64,000 nt of DNA from NCBI GenBank assembly GCA_964057225.1, contig OZ059897.1, positions 8,618,001 to 8,682,000 of the forward strand. The letters run 5' to 3'. Under the pieces are notes generated by a model. The model was given only the letters and a program-made list of their open reading frames with translations. It was not told the DNA's origin and ran no database searches. The DNA is from Auanema rhodensis. Its lineage: Eukaryota; Animalia; Nematoda. Positions 42,647-55,518 of the stretch are shown piece after piece. The first letter of the stretch is position 1. Every line of letters begins with the position of its first letter. A program made the position numbers and the translations under genes.

Positions 42647-44734
42647 ATGTTTATGGACCGAGAAGCTCTGATTCACTTTGTCGGTGGAGCAGTAGGTGGA
42701 ACAGCAGGTTTAAAAGTTTTACTCTGCTTTCTATTCTGAACTTAAAATTTAGGAACTGCTTTAACATGTCCATTAGAAGTGATAAAAACTCGTATGCAGT
42801 CCAGCAAAGGCTTCAATCTTTCAGGTGGTGGTCCTAGTACCAGCCAAGGTTTTTTCAATTTACAACTTAGTTTATTAAAATTGATATTCAGGAGATGGTC
42901 CAAGACATCAGAATGGAGCCCCTCCCGGTCCACCACGACCCCCTCATGCTGCCTCACAGTATAAGCAGTTTTTGGGTATAAGAGCAATTTTTATCTAAAC
43001 AAACTGAGTGCAATCGTTATAGGGAGCGATTTACGTGGTCAACTAGCGATTCATAATATTCGGTTACAAGGTTTATCAGATGAGCAATATTTCTAATATT
43101 TCAATTATTTAGCTGACATGGTGAACAATCCAATGTCACTTAACCTGGCAAGGTTTGTACAGTCTCAGTCGCAGTCGACTACAGATCAGGCAAAGAAACG
43201 TTTTCATGTATTTCGATATTTCACGTGAGTATTTCTTCATCAAATTTTGAACTTGAAAATGCCTTTTCAGACATATCGTGAGAACTGAGGGTGTTTCAGC
43301 TTTATACAAAGGGCTCATCCCCAATCTTGTTGGAGTAGCTCCTGCGAAGTGAGTAATTTCTTTAATACAAGCTTGGAATTTCGTCTTTTTTCAGAGCTGT
43401 ATATTTCTATTCTTATTCAACGAGCAAGAGGTTTTGGAATGACTCTGAAATCTTCATGCCTGATAGAGCAATTGTACATATGGTCAGCGCCGGAACAGCA
43501 GGTAGACTTTCTTTATCTGGAATTTTGATGTTTTCTTCTTTATCACTATTATTTCTCTCTAATTCCCTTGTCGTCATGTGCTTCGGGCACATGTTGTCCA
43601 CGTGTTCATCATGAGGATAAATAACTGGAAATTGAAAATAAAAAAAAGATTTGATAACTAGATCCTAAGGTCTTTCAGACCAATATGTTATACTTTGAAG
43701 ATGTTGTGAGAGAGCTTTTCTGAATAGCGTGTGTTATTTTGAGATTTAATAGTATATGGGCCTATGAAAGTTTTTTCAGGGACATTATTTGTCGTCATTT
43801 AGAAGTTAGATAAGGTATCAAATCTAACTTTTTAAATAAGTATTGATTGACATTTGCTTCCTGCTGTATTTGCCCACTGGTTATTAAGGTTTTTTAGTTT
43901 CGAGTAGTAGCTGCGAAGAATGTTTGTTATCTTAGACGCTATTGATTGTTGTAACAGAGAGAAAAATCTTACAACTTGACATTAATCTTGTCTAGAAATC
44001 ATGAATATGAATTATGTAATGGAATGGCATGACATTTCTTTTTTTAGGTTTTGTCGCAGCTTCTGTTGTCAATCCTATTTGGCTAGTGAAGACCAGACTT
44101 CAACTTCATCATGGTAGTATTAGTATTTTTGATATGATTAAGCGAGTTTATAGAAGAGAAGGAATTCGTGGATTTTACAAGGTTTTTATTTTTGAAGTGT
44201 GCGTTGTGCATCAAAATAAGCTTTTAGGGTGTTACTGCATCTTATGCCGGAGTATCTGAAACCGTAATTCAATTTGTAATATATGAGCATCTTCGAAGGT
44301 TATTAATTAATCATGCTGGAAATGATACTAGAAACATGGTTTGTTTTGTGTGATTCATCCTACCTTACTTTACCTTTTTTAGGATTTCCTTAATTTCATG
44401 GTAGCAGGAGGAACAGCCAAATTTATCGCTTGTGTTATTGCCTATCCTCATGGTTTGCACTATTAAGACTTTCATCTCATGTTTTTATTTTTTTAGAAGT
44501 TGTTAGAACTCGTTTGAGAGAAGAGTCCGATGTGAAAAGGGGATTTTTCCGAACATTAGTTAATTTGTACCATGAGGGCGGAAAGGCCATGTATCGAGGA
44601 CTATCTGTTCAGGTTTGAATTAAATTCCTTGTTTGCAAAATATTTTTATATTTAAGTTATTACGAACTGTGCCAAATACCGCAATCACTATGGGAACCTA
44701 TGAGCTTGTTGTATATCTATTACATCGCCTTTGA
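42647..44734 (+). CDS. Mitochondrial pyrimidine nucleotide carrier SLC25A33/SLC25A36 (Rim2)-like, multi-exon
   Basis: Three carrier signatures [23 protein letters not shown] and [12 protein letters not shown]; [38 protein letters not shown]. Confidence 0.93.
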
Positions 44735-45643
44735 GCTGTAACTTTATGGAATCTTTTGCCTGAGATTGCGTTTATGATAAGTCGTTCCTAATTTTTTCAT
44801 AAATTTCCTGTCTCCGCCCTGTTTCTTTAACTTTTTAAATATTTTTTTGCTAAGTAGGGTAGAGTAGATTGTAAGTTATTTTAACAAAAATGTAATGCAA
44901 TAACCTTCTTGAAAAAATGAGGAATCGATTTATCCAATAGGCTATATGTATATTACCTGCCTTTCATTATGCGGCCTTTCTTTTCCTTTGGTAGCTATGT
45001 TACAGAGTTCACTTATCTCCTTTTCCGAGTCAAATCTCAAACTTTGAGATCGGCTCATCAACGCATAACAATTTCGTCTGCTAAAGCGTAAAATGAATCT
45101 TTCGGAATGATGAGTAGATGGATAATACCATTCTATAATGATTGTCTGTTCTGCAATCTTCCATCAGATTAAGCGATATTTATTGATTATTGTTTGAAAT
45201 TCCAGTGGATATGCCCCAAATTTCCCTTTTTTGATGTCCTAAATGTGGCAAATCCTCTCGTAATAATATAGATTTTTACATATTGTTAGTTTTCAGCGAT
45301 TAGAAGCTTTGCTTTGTTGTAGTTTTTTCTTGCTTGTTCATACAGCAGACATTGTACAGAGAATCGTTATATATTATTTGTAACCAGTCAGTCTATATAC
45401 AGGTATGATTAGATTTGTTGTGCACTTTTCATGCTCATTTGTTTTTGTCTTAAACCTGTGACTTGTTTTTATTGTATATTATATTTTTATTAACCGAATA
45501 AAGTAGGTCAAACCGATATATCAGTTTTAGTTCAATATTAGGAATTTTTACCTATAGTATCTTTATTTTCAGTTAAAAACAAATATGCCGAAACATAAAT
45601 ATTCAGTACAGTCCATATAACTATTATAGAATGATAATCCTGC

Positions 45644-47448
45644 TTAGGCATTACACATGGATACGTGAGACAAATATGTTGTGTACTTCTTGGCCCTGTC
45701 TCCTTGAATTTCCTTGATGCGATTGCGCTGGGCTCCTTCTGGCAAGTCTTCGTCCGGAAGACAACTGAAATAGTCATTTCTGGTTATTATTCTGTTTGTT
45801 CATTGTAATACTTACATGTTTTCACGATCACAATGAGCCTTAAAGCTATCTTGCATCTTATCAAGAGTTTCCTTGCCCTTCGTAGAACACACTTGTCTAC
45901 GAGAGCGAGAAATCTGCTGACGCTCGGGTTCAGAATAGGGAAGCTTAATTCGTCTTATCATGTTAGAAGTGAAAGTGTTTTTAAAGTTGTAAATAATGAA
46001 AAGTTAGGTTTTCCAACTTTAAGTGAAATCAGTAACTTACTGCGTCGATGTTACGTTTGTGGTGTTGACGCTGTGAGTGTTCTGAACCTACAAGAATTGT
46101 TTATTTTACATTCCCTCATTATGAAAACGTACGAACGTGACGACGTTTGTGATGATGCCCGGAGGGATTATAAGCAATTTCTTCCGCGTCTGGAATTTTG
46201 TTTGAGTTATGATCTATATCATTTATTTTCTAAGATTAATTGCATTAATCATAATCACTTTTTGATTTTCGTATTCATGCGGGTGCACAATCAAATGATG
46301 TTTATGATGCTTCATAATATTTTAATGTTATCGTTAGCAAGCTCTAGATTTTTCTTTTTTCTTATCATTTCGAACTTTATCTATATTATGAGAGGAGGAA
46401 AGTATGAGGGGAAAGTGAAATTGGCAGGAGACAAGAAATGGGAATTGTATAGTTAAATCATTAAAACCCATAAGTAGTGTCCTGTGTGACGTTTTTACGA
46501 TAACTGCTGTCCGCAATTCAATTGCATATGTCATGTAGTCTGTATCAAGCGTCCATTTTGAATTGCTGATCAGTACTTGATATTGATATAATCAGCATAA
46601 TTTTTCTGATTTACGTAGTTACCAAGTACATATCTACTACCAATTTCGGTTTTTTTTATCTACGAAACATTTTTCAAATTGAATATTTGATGTTTGAGTC
46701 TTTGCTTTGATGTCTTGTCTAATCTCCGACCAGAAATGAATCAAAACATTGAATCACAAGACATTGTGTTTTATCTTTTGAAATAGAAACATACTTGGAA
46801 CACTTCTTCTCACTTTCGATGACTTTCTAACTGCTACACATTCTGCGACAGCCTGAATAGAACTTGTATATATATATATATATTGTAAAGAAATAGTGAC
46901 TTCCGGTTAAATTAGTTATCACTGACCTTTTTGTATTCAGTTTGAACTTTTTCAAAGGCTGCCCAAGCTTCGTCAGCGTCTTTCTGATTGCTACAAGCGT
47001 TATTTGTTTTCGATCTGAAACACCTCATGTTTTTGAGAGATAGTAACGTCATAATGTCGAAATCAACCGTTTATCAGCAGCCAAAAAAAACAAAAAAATG
47101 ATTATTCACATGATATGCGAAGCATACTAATCGATAACATTGCGCCTTTTCACGTGAATAATTGGTTGTTTAAATAGTTTGTTATCAAAATTCAATATAT
47201 AGTTTCAAACTTTTTTAAAAAGTGTGATGTGTGGTTCAGTTGATTGTATGTACCTGTGACATTCAGCTTCCAAGTCCTTCGAGCGATGATTAGTAGCAAG
47301 ACGTAGAATAGTATCAGCAGGACACTATGAAAATAAATTATTGACCTTGTTCCTCACAACTTCATGAAAATCAGAATCAGGGAAAAATTACCTCGAAAGC
47401 AGCAGCCGCAGCCAGAACAACACTGGCTATAAGAATGTAACGTATCAT
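45644..47448 (-). CDS. 208-aa secreted precursor with two 4-Cys modules and a multibasic His-rich linker; 8 exons (47448-47392, 47324-47254, 47014-46927, 46852-46795, 46189-46133, 46087-46041, 45943-45816, 45764-45644)
   Basis: All seven introns are GT-AG and phase-compatible (627 nt in total). Signal peptide MIRYILIASVVLAAAAA directly follows a TTCCAG acceptor. Not represented in the ORF track. Confidence 0.82.
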
Positions 47449-48002
47449 CTGGAAAGTAAATATTGAAAGAGTTTTCTTGTTTTTTTTTGAATGCATTCAA
47501 ATATAAAGCAATAGTGAATGATTCAGAGGTTGATTTAATACAAAATTCTCAAGAAATACAGAGAAAAGAAAGCTTGTTGTTGATAACAACCCCTTGGAAT
47601 TTGAGTATATTGCATGACAATCTCGATATTCTTCTTTAATATTTGAACTATAATCACATTGGCAATCAATTTTTTCTTGCTCTCAATGTTTTCATCTTGA
47701 TCTTCACTAAAATAAGGAAATCAAAAGCTGTATTAAAGGGTTGGTAGGTATGATAAACAAGTTCTTATTTTAACAAAAAGAAGAAGTAAATAGATTGTAG
47801 ACGGCAAGTTAATAAAGAACATCCAATAGATTCGCAAGTTTCAGACTAACAAGTTTGTGCAATAAGCATAATCTCAAATTGCTTTTCGGTTAAAGACAAA
47901 GCGAAGTTCAAGAACATTGTTGAACTTTAAAATATTCAAATTGAAGTTCAGTACATTATACAATTCAAAATAGAAAATGGCGTGACAAGCAGTTGAACAG
48001 AA

Positions 48003-48527
48003 GAAAACGGCCATGTTTTAACTGAGAGGCTTTTGGTTCATCCATCTGGCTTCTCTTACAGCTGGTGCGAATCAAGCAGAGCCAGTTGTGTTTTTATTCT
48101 GACGAGGATGCTTCTAATCGACTATTAGTTTAATTGTTTAAAAATATCAATAGCCTCGAGAGTCTCTAGTGGGAAACTGAAGCTAATTTTTTTTGCAGGC
48201 TTCATCGAATATTTGTCCCTTAGCACTTGATGTAGAATAAGCTTGACAAGTCAGATCCATGTACTTAGTCTTAGCTAAGCATCGGCATGTCAATATTACG
48301 GACATTTCTCATTTTCCCCTTTTTTCTCATTTATATCAAAATGTAGTCATGCAAGAATGGAAACTGTAACTGTTCTCTTAAAGCATTTGAGTTTAGCTAA
48401 AAGTCGTTACTGAGAATTCTTTGGTTTATTTTCCTATGAAAACGGCCATGATTTATTTGAGAGGCTTTCGGTTCATCCAGCTGGCAGATCTCATACAGCT
48501 GGTGCAAATCAAGCAGAGCCAGTTGTT
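48003..48527. repeat. Diverged ~85-bp direct repeat pair within a decayed repeat region
   Basis: AAAACGGCCATG...TACAGCTGGTGC.AATCAAGCAGAGCCAGTTGT at ~48003-48088 and ~48439-48526. Also a 14-bp inverted pair at 48144-48157/48736-48749. Confidence 0.75.
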
Positions 48528-49084
48528 CACATTTCATCCTATTCTTTAGTTTGGAGAAACTGCGCTCGTGCATGATCAGAATTATTAACAACAACTTCTT
48601 GAACGCCGATACTCGTATGCAAAGACGGGACCTGCAACAGACCTCCCTGTGTAACTTTGCCTTCTTTGACAAGTGGCAACAGTTAGTCTAGTTGACAGTT
48701 AAATATTTGCGTCAAGACAAGTCTTTCAAATCTGAGAGGCTATTGATATCACTCAGTAGGGAAAGCTAAAACTGTGTACGATTGGTGAAAAGAGGCGGTA
48801 CCGGCTGATGATGGGAACTACACAAGATTTCAAAACGTTTTTAGTAAAGTCTTTGAACTCCAGCCGATCACCCCTTGGTGGTGAAATCTTCTAAGTGAAC
48901 GATGAATAATTCAGTATCAATTACATGTTCACCATCATTCAACCAATTTTCCTGCTTCATTCAAAGAGAAGGCGAGAACAACTTCGCTTTGAATGAGGCA
49001 TTCCAGTCTTGAAGTTACATGCATCGTATGCAATTGTTTCCCAAGAAACTTATTGATAATTCTATGATTAAAAGAGTATCTCAT

Positions 49085-49260
49085 CTGAAAATACATTTCG
49101 GTTAACTGGCTGTTCAAAAAAATTCGAAAATGATAATCTACTGGACCAAGGTCTGGAGAGTATGGAGTGCTTCAAAACCTTCCAGACCAGCTCCAGAAGC
49201 TTCTAGTGAGCTTTCGCACAACATCGTGGGCATGCATCAACGTTATGCTTATGTTTCTGG
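49085..49260 (-). mobile_element. Decayed mariner (Tc1/mariner) transposase fragment
   Basis: Minus strand encodes KLLELVWKVLKH-(frameshift)-PYSPDLGPVDYHFR, the YSPDLAPxDY motif carrying the third catalytic Asp, preceded by a degenerate HDNARPH-like stretch. Confidence 0.8.
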
Positions 49261-50348
49261 CTTTATCTTTGGCTTTAATGACAGTATGGGGTTGAGTAGA
49301 GAAACCTTTTTCATATCCAATGACCAAGCTTTAAAAAACCTTCATCTAGAACTTTCTGAAAGTTGTCATCGCTGAATTACTTTCAGATTTCATTTTTTTC
49401 GAAAGCTTTTCAGCAGAATTCACTTATTTAAAACGATAGAAGCTATATCCATTCCAAACAAAAACCAAAAAAAATTAGTTTAATCAAAACTATTTTTGAA
49501 AAAAAAAATTTAAGATGGCCACGAAACAAGTATATTATAAAAAATGATCGAAGTAATATATGATGGATTGTATCGTTAGCGGAAGCACAGTACAGACAAA
49601 TTTATTTAATCTAATTTAGAAAAATATTTTGTAGTTCCACACTAAACAGTGTGAATAATCATGGATGTTGAATAAAAGTACTTTTCAGATGAATTATTTT
49701 TAAATTGTTTAACACATATAAAATAATTTGTTTGTTTTCTTGTTACACGTCTCCAACTTCTTTCAATCGCTTTTGTATGAAACTACTCTGAAGGAGTAAT
49801 TAGTTTATTCATTGCTCAAGTCTTTCAAACTTTTTTCAACATTTCCTTCTAGCTTTCTATAAAAGAAATCGTTTCCGAATGAAGATGGCATTCAACAATT
49901 AAACTAACAGTCAATTAAAAAAATTCTAAGCCGAATGAAAAAAAGTTACTTTATTAAATGCTCTTTCCTATTCTATTATAATATAACAACTTTAAAAAAA
50001 ATAATAGCTGAAGATATGTAAAATGCATAGCAAGGAGGACGACAAGTTTCACAACACGCTCGATTGGTCGTTTCTCATGTAAAAGAACATCTCGCTTAAG
50101 AAAACTGGCAAAATATTCTCAGATTGAGCAATCACCGACTAGAATGCAAATTGCACCGGTAGCCAAAATATCAGAGGAGAAAAAAAAACAAGAAAAAAGG
50201 AAAAAACACAGTGCTGCACTCCAATCTATGATATGACTCCTAACTAATACTCTATGGAAATAAATCAGAATGTTGAACAATCAATTTCCTCTAGTTTGCG
50301 CCTACTCTTCAATTTAATCAACAAAAATATAATTATAACACCGGTTAT

Positions 50349-52420
50349 TTACTTAAGCTGGGCGAGCATAGCGCTTGGATGCTCCAAGTAATACTTCCAT
50401 CTGAAAAAAAAGAAATGAGTATTAGATGAATCAAACATGGACATACCTATTTCCAAATCTGGCCATAGTGGCTCCATCAACTACTCTATGATCAGCAGAC
50501 CAGGAAACGTTCATAACGTGGGCTTTGACAACCTGAAATTTGGATTACGCCAATTTTCCTAACAGAATCGGTATTACGTTGTCATTTTTGTCGAAACGAG
50601 GGACCTTCTGGACACGCCCAATAGCTCCTATGGCAACTTGAGGCGGGAAAACAACGGGACTAGCATAAGTTCCACCAATCTAAACCAGGAAACAACTAGG
50701 TATACAAGTAAAATATAACAAACAGCTCCTATGTTGCTCAAAGTAAAGGTTCCTCCCACTAAATCGTCAGTTCTAATATTCTGATTTTTACCAGCTTCTT
50801 GCAAGCGGAGAAGCTCAGCAGAAATTTCGAAAATACTTCTAAAACAAAACAAAATTGAATAATGACGAAAAGAAGAATACTAACCTTTGTTCGCAATTCT
50901 TGATATTGGGAACAACAAGACCCCCTGGAGTGTCCATAGCTAAGCAAATATTGTGAGAAGCCTAAAACTTACATGAAAAAAACAAAATTAGTTGAAATTC
51001 ACCTTGTAAATTAAGTTTTCCAATTTGTCATCGACGGTAGCATTAAGAGATGGGAATTCCAAAAGAGCCATAGAAGCAGCCTTAAGTTAGCTTAACAATT
51101 ATATAGGCAAACATGGTAAAACTAACCTTAATGAAGAATGGCATGAAGCTGAGCTTAAGACCACGTTCCTTAGCGAAGTCCTTAAGTTCACCACGTACAC
51201 TCATGAGAGCATCCATTGTGATCTAATAAACGGAACTTAGCAAAGAAGATTTTTCAAAACATACTTCATCATAATAGCCAAAGTGTGGAACCTTCAAAGC
51301 TTCAGTCATAGTTTTGACCATTGCTCGTGTGTATCCCCTAATTGGAACAACCTTATCCTCTTGCAGAGGCTCATACTGGAAAACATTAATTCAAGATTAT
51401 TCCAAGATAAATTCTCACAGTCTTAATACTAATTTGAGATGATGAACCAGCGGCAGGAGAAGCTCTGATATTCGTGGATCCGGAAGAGTAATCTAAACAG
51501 GAGAAAAATAGAAAATGATATTGGAACTGTGAATTACCACTCTTAACTTGACCAAGGAATTTCAATATGTCCTCCTTCAGAACACGTCCATCTTTTCCCG
51601 TAGATGGTACATCGCTCAATTTAACCTAAAATTTACTAATAAGCATGATATTTATGTTTATTATCCCCTCAACCTTGTTCTCCATAGCAATTCTACGAAC
51701 AGCAGGGGTAGCCAGAACTTTTCCATTGACAGCGTGGAAGTCATTGGATGATTGAACAGAAGATGTGCTAGATGTGCTAGTAGCGTTAGAAGCACCAGTT
51801 TCTGAAAAAAACCAATTAAGATAAAAGGTCAGGAATGACACTAACAGAATGGCTACACTAATTGATTTTGTCTTCAGAAAATAGAAATAGGAAATCTTAC
51901 CCGCTGGCTTCTCTGCTTCAGATGTAGTTTCTTCTTCTCCTTCAATTTCAATATCAACAAGTGGTAAACCTACACGAGCAAGATCATCAATTTTGTGATG
52001 TCTAAAAAATATATCAAAACCATATATGAAATATAAAAAATCGGAGTAATATATCGAGACAAAACGAACAATTTACGAACTACTCCATCATATCTACTGG
52101 TGATAGTTACTGCAGCTTTATCACTTTGAACATCGCATAAGTTGTCAAATTGACTAACAGTATCTCCTTCTTTAACATACCTAAAACAATATAGACAAAA
52201 TTCAAACTTCTAGGTTCAGAACTACCATTCTTTAACTTGCACTTCAGCAATTCCTTCACCAATATCAGATAATTTGAACTGAACAATTGGTAAATACAAA
52301 GCTAAAAGAATTGTTGAATAGAATGATGTGAGAGAGAAAATTACCTTTAGAGTTATGGAATAGTCGAGAATGGTTCAACAACCTTATTGAGGAAAATCGA
52401 AGTAAATGTGAAGCTACCAT
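50349..52420 (-). CDS. dbt-1: Dihydrolipoamide branched-chain transacylase (BCKDH E2), multi-exon
   Basis: [24 protein letters not shown], lipoyl motif [51 protein letters not shown]. Confidence 0.96.
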
Positions 52421-52799
52421 TGAATCTTCGATTGAAGAAACCTTAAATATTTAAATCATTTATTAATGTTATTTAGTAAAAAGGTAATCAGTAAATTAGA
52501 AAAATAGCTTAAGATGGTAGAGATAGTGCACGTCCTGTGTTTACGCCGTCAATTGATAAAAATGTTCGGAGAAACTGAGCTGCTAGACGTGCAAATAAGA
52601 TAAGAAATAGAATGAGAGAAAACGAAGATCTTTAAACATAAAAAGACAAATTTTGATGCTATTTTAAATTGTCTAAATTGGCGCCTAAATGACGTGAATT
52701 ACGTGAAATTCATTTCAATCCAGATTCGCAACGTATTGTGACGTTAGGGGGCTTAAGCTGCAAGGAAGGTCTATTCGCCACGGAAGAAAAGGCGGTACT

Positions 52800-53966
52800 A
52801 TGTTCGAAGCTTTCAATGAGATTACCGATGACGATGCAGAAAGTTATCAGGTCTTGAATAATGTTATTTAAAATAATAATAATGCTCTTGAGAGGTTCAA
52901 ATGAAGAAACTTTTTCTAATAAGTTTAAATACTTTGCAAATTTCAGGTGTGCGGCTGTTTGCATAGCTTTCTAGCTTGTCTTTTTTTTGTGGTAAGGCTT
53001 AAAACTTCAAAGTTCACTGCTTTAATTTTTTTATCATATTTTTAACATTATTTATTGAAGGTTTTTGATATTTCAGCAGTCGTTATGACTGCTGGTGTTT
53101 ATTATCTGGTTTCTATTGAGGTGTTTCTAACATTTTTATAAGAAAAATGTAATCAGTAATCTTTATAGATTGGTTGGACGAGAGATGTTACTGTGCCAGT
53201 AGGAGCTCTGTCTCTATCATTTTTCTTTTTTTTTCTAGGACCCATAGGTCTAATAGCTGTACATAAAATATATAAATTATCTATATATAATATGTGAAAT
53301 TATAGCAAGAAGCCTGGTATTTAACTCTATACAACATCCGATTATTAATAATCATATCATTTACATTAGGATGGACTATGTAACAATATTTCAATCTATT
53401 ATATAGAAAATATCTTTTTACAGATATAGTTTTCTAGTTTATGAGCATCGAAACATGTTTGTAGCTTGCATTTGGTTCTTTGCCTCGTTACTGTACATAT
53501 GGGGATTTTTCGTAACTAGCAGAGCTATTACGTATTTCTCCGAACATTATAGGTACAATATAGTAAAAATTTGTTAATAGTATACAAAATTTAATATGTA
53601 GAGGATATTATGATGTTGATCTTCTTCGCATGGAAGAAATTAATGAGAAATTAAATGAAAAATTGGAAGAATTAAAGCAATTAGAAATGGATGGAAAAGA
53701 TATCTATTCAAACAAAAATAGTTTAAAAACTAACGATTTGAAAGACGCCTCAGTTATGTAAGTTTAGATAGCTATCTACCTGAATTTTGAAGGGTTTGCT
53801 TATCTAAGCGATAGTTTAGGAAAGAAAAAGAAGTTTTCAAAGCTTTTTTTGTTAAATGATAGTAGAAAACTTTTTTTTTCAATTTTATTCTTATAGGGAT
53901 CCCATGATAAGAAGTAACATGAGGCAATCGAAGGTAATATCGAATAACTATACAACACTTTATTAA
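52800..53966 (+). CDS. Uncharacterised four-transmembrane protein with acidic/coiled-coil cytosolic tail; ends uncertain
   Basis: Phase-compatible exons MFEAFNEITDDDAESYQ|VCGCLHSFLACLFFV|VFDISAVVMTAGVYYLVSIE|IGW...GPIGLIA|QEAWYL...|YSFLV...YFSEHYR|GYYDVDLLRMEE... The stop is either 53761 (unspliced) or 53966. Confidence 0.65.
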
Positions 53967-54149
53967 GTAAAATCAACAAAAGTTTATGAGAATATCGTAA
54001 GTATAAACGGTTATAATTATATTTTCTAGTCAAATAACAAGAAAACGTTCATATTTAATGTGAAAATATTGTTTAAATTAGTTTATTTTGTAGTCAGATT
54101 TAGCTGATTTATAATGATGAATCTTTATATTCTTGACAACATGTAAGAA

Positions 54150-55518
54150 TCATTGCGGGTGAACTGATATATTACTACTACCTGCTACTTTATTATCAAT
54201 ATAACCAGAAGTTGTCTGTAAAAAAGTTAAAACATTTGTAATCTGTTTAAGATTGATATACTATATATGACGATTTGAATTCTACTTTTTCTTCAACACC
54301 AAGCAGACTGAGTATATCTGGAATCACTAAGATTTCAAAGAAACGGATTAGAAAGTAGACACCTTGTATCATTTTTTCTAAAAGACTTGTATTAAGGATG
54401 ATTATACCAAAACTATTTGCAATTCCATGCAATTGTGAAATAGTTATCAACATATTTGACGTATCTAAAGAGATTTAAAAAAAAAATTTCTGAAGTATAT
54501 GGAGTACTTAATGAAACTGGATAATCTAATAAAATTATAACCATAACGCAAATTGATGGAGCGGTTAAAAGCAAAGTTGGAAATAATGTCTAAATGCTTA
54601 TAAGTTCTGAATACATTTACAACTTTAAAACCACCTGTAACTCAAGTGTTTGGAGAATTTTTCGATGCATCGATAACGTTTTCTTTGACATAAAATCTTT
54701 TTGTTCTTCCAGAAGACAGATTATACGAAACTTTAATATGATGAGAAATGCTGAGAAAATAAATGCATTTAGACTGAACAGAAGTAGTTGTATCTTCAAT
54801 GAAATTTCAGAGAATAGTCTTCCCATATTATATGATGTTGGTATATCCAATAGAGGTTTATATGAATCACATGCCTGTCAATTTTCAAGAGTTTACAGCT
54901 GTATACGATTACTCTTAACAAACTTTAACCAATGACAAAATCCTTGGATCACTCCTGTATGTGATAATGCTTGTTATATAATAAGGTGCTGGAAAGATAA
55001 AAGCTATCAAAGCTACACATATGTAATATGACCAGGAAGAAAAGTTAGGATTAGGAGTACGAACTAGCCAATATCGATAGAAGAAAAGTATAACGCAGAT
55101 AGAATAAAATATATAATGTAATGTTATTGTAAAATGATATTGATGAGGAAATGATATATTGATGTAATCAAATATACCAATACTGTATCCAGCTATAAGT
55201 GGTAAGTAGTATACAGGCGTCTACAACATAAAGCTTTGAAAGTTGTTTAAAAAATAATAATAAACTTACAGTCAAACTTGAGATTGAAAATGCAGATATT
55301 GTACTAGTTAAATGATAAATATAAATATAAATCTTAAAGACTCCCGAAGTTTCTGGAAATTTCATTTTCAATAACTTCGAACAGTAATATCCGAAGAGTA
55401 ATGTTATAACTCCGATTAGATGAGAAGAAATGTAGTACCAATCTTCAGCTTTAGAAATATTTTCAGTTGGACAATGAACTATTTCACATGGGTCAGTATT
55501 ATTGTTGGCTTCTTCCAT
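54150..55518 (-). CDS. Serpentine 7TM chemoreceptor, srh/sri-type (paralogue 1)
   Basis: HCP..EDWYY, TPVYYLPLIAGYSIG, LFFYRYW, MSKKTLSMHRKILQTLELQ, SQLHGI; same intron positions as its neighbours. Confidence 0.82.

Noticed and set aside
45026-45056. Hairpin with TGAGATC (bantam/mir-58-like seed) in the carrier 3' UTR
   Set aside because: Stem too short and loop too small for a pre-miRNA.
45833-46456. 207-aa plus-strand ORF in the track
   Set aside because: Antisense shadow of exons and introns of the minus-strand secreted precursor gene; no recognisable motifs.
51846-51857. Possible 12-nt micro-exon splitting the 98-nt dbt-1 intron into two ~43-nt introns
   Set aside because: In the required phase it reads GTG-TAG (stop), and the splice signals are weak; unsupported without transcripts.
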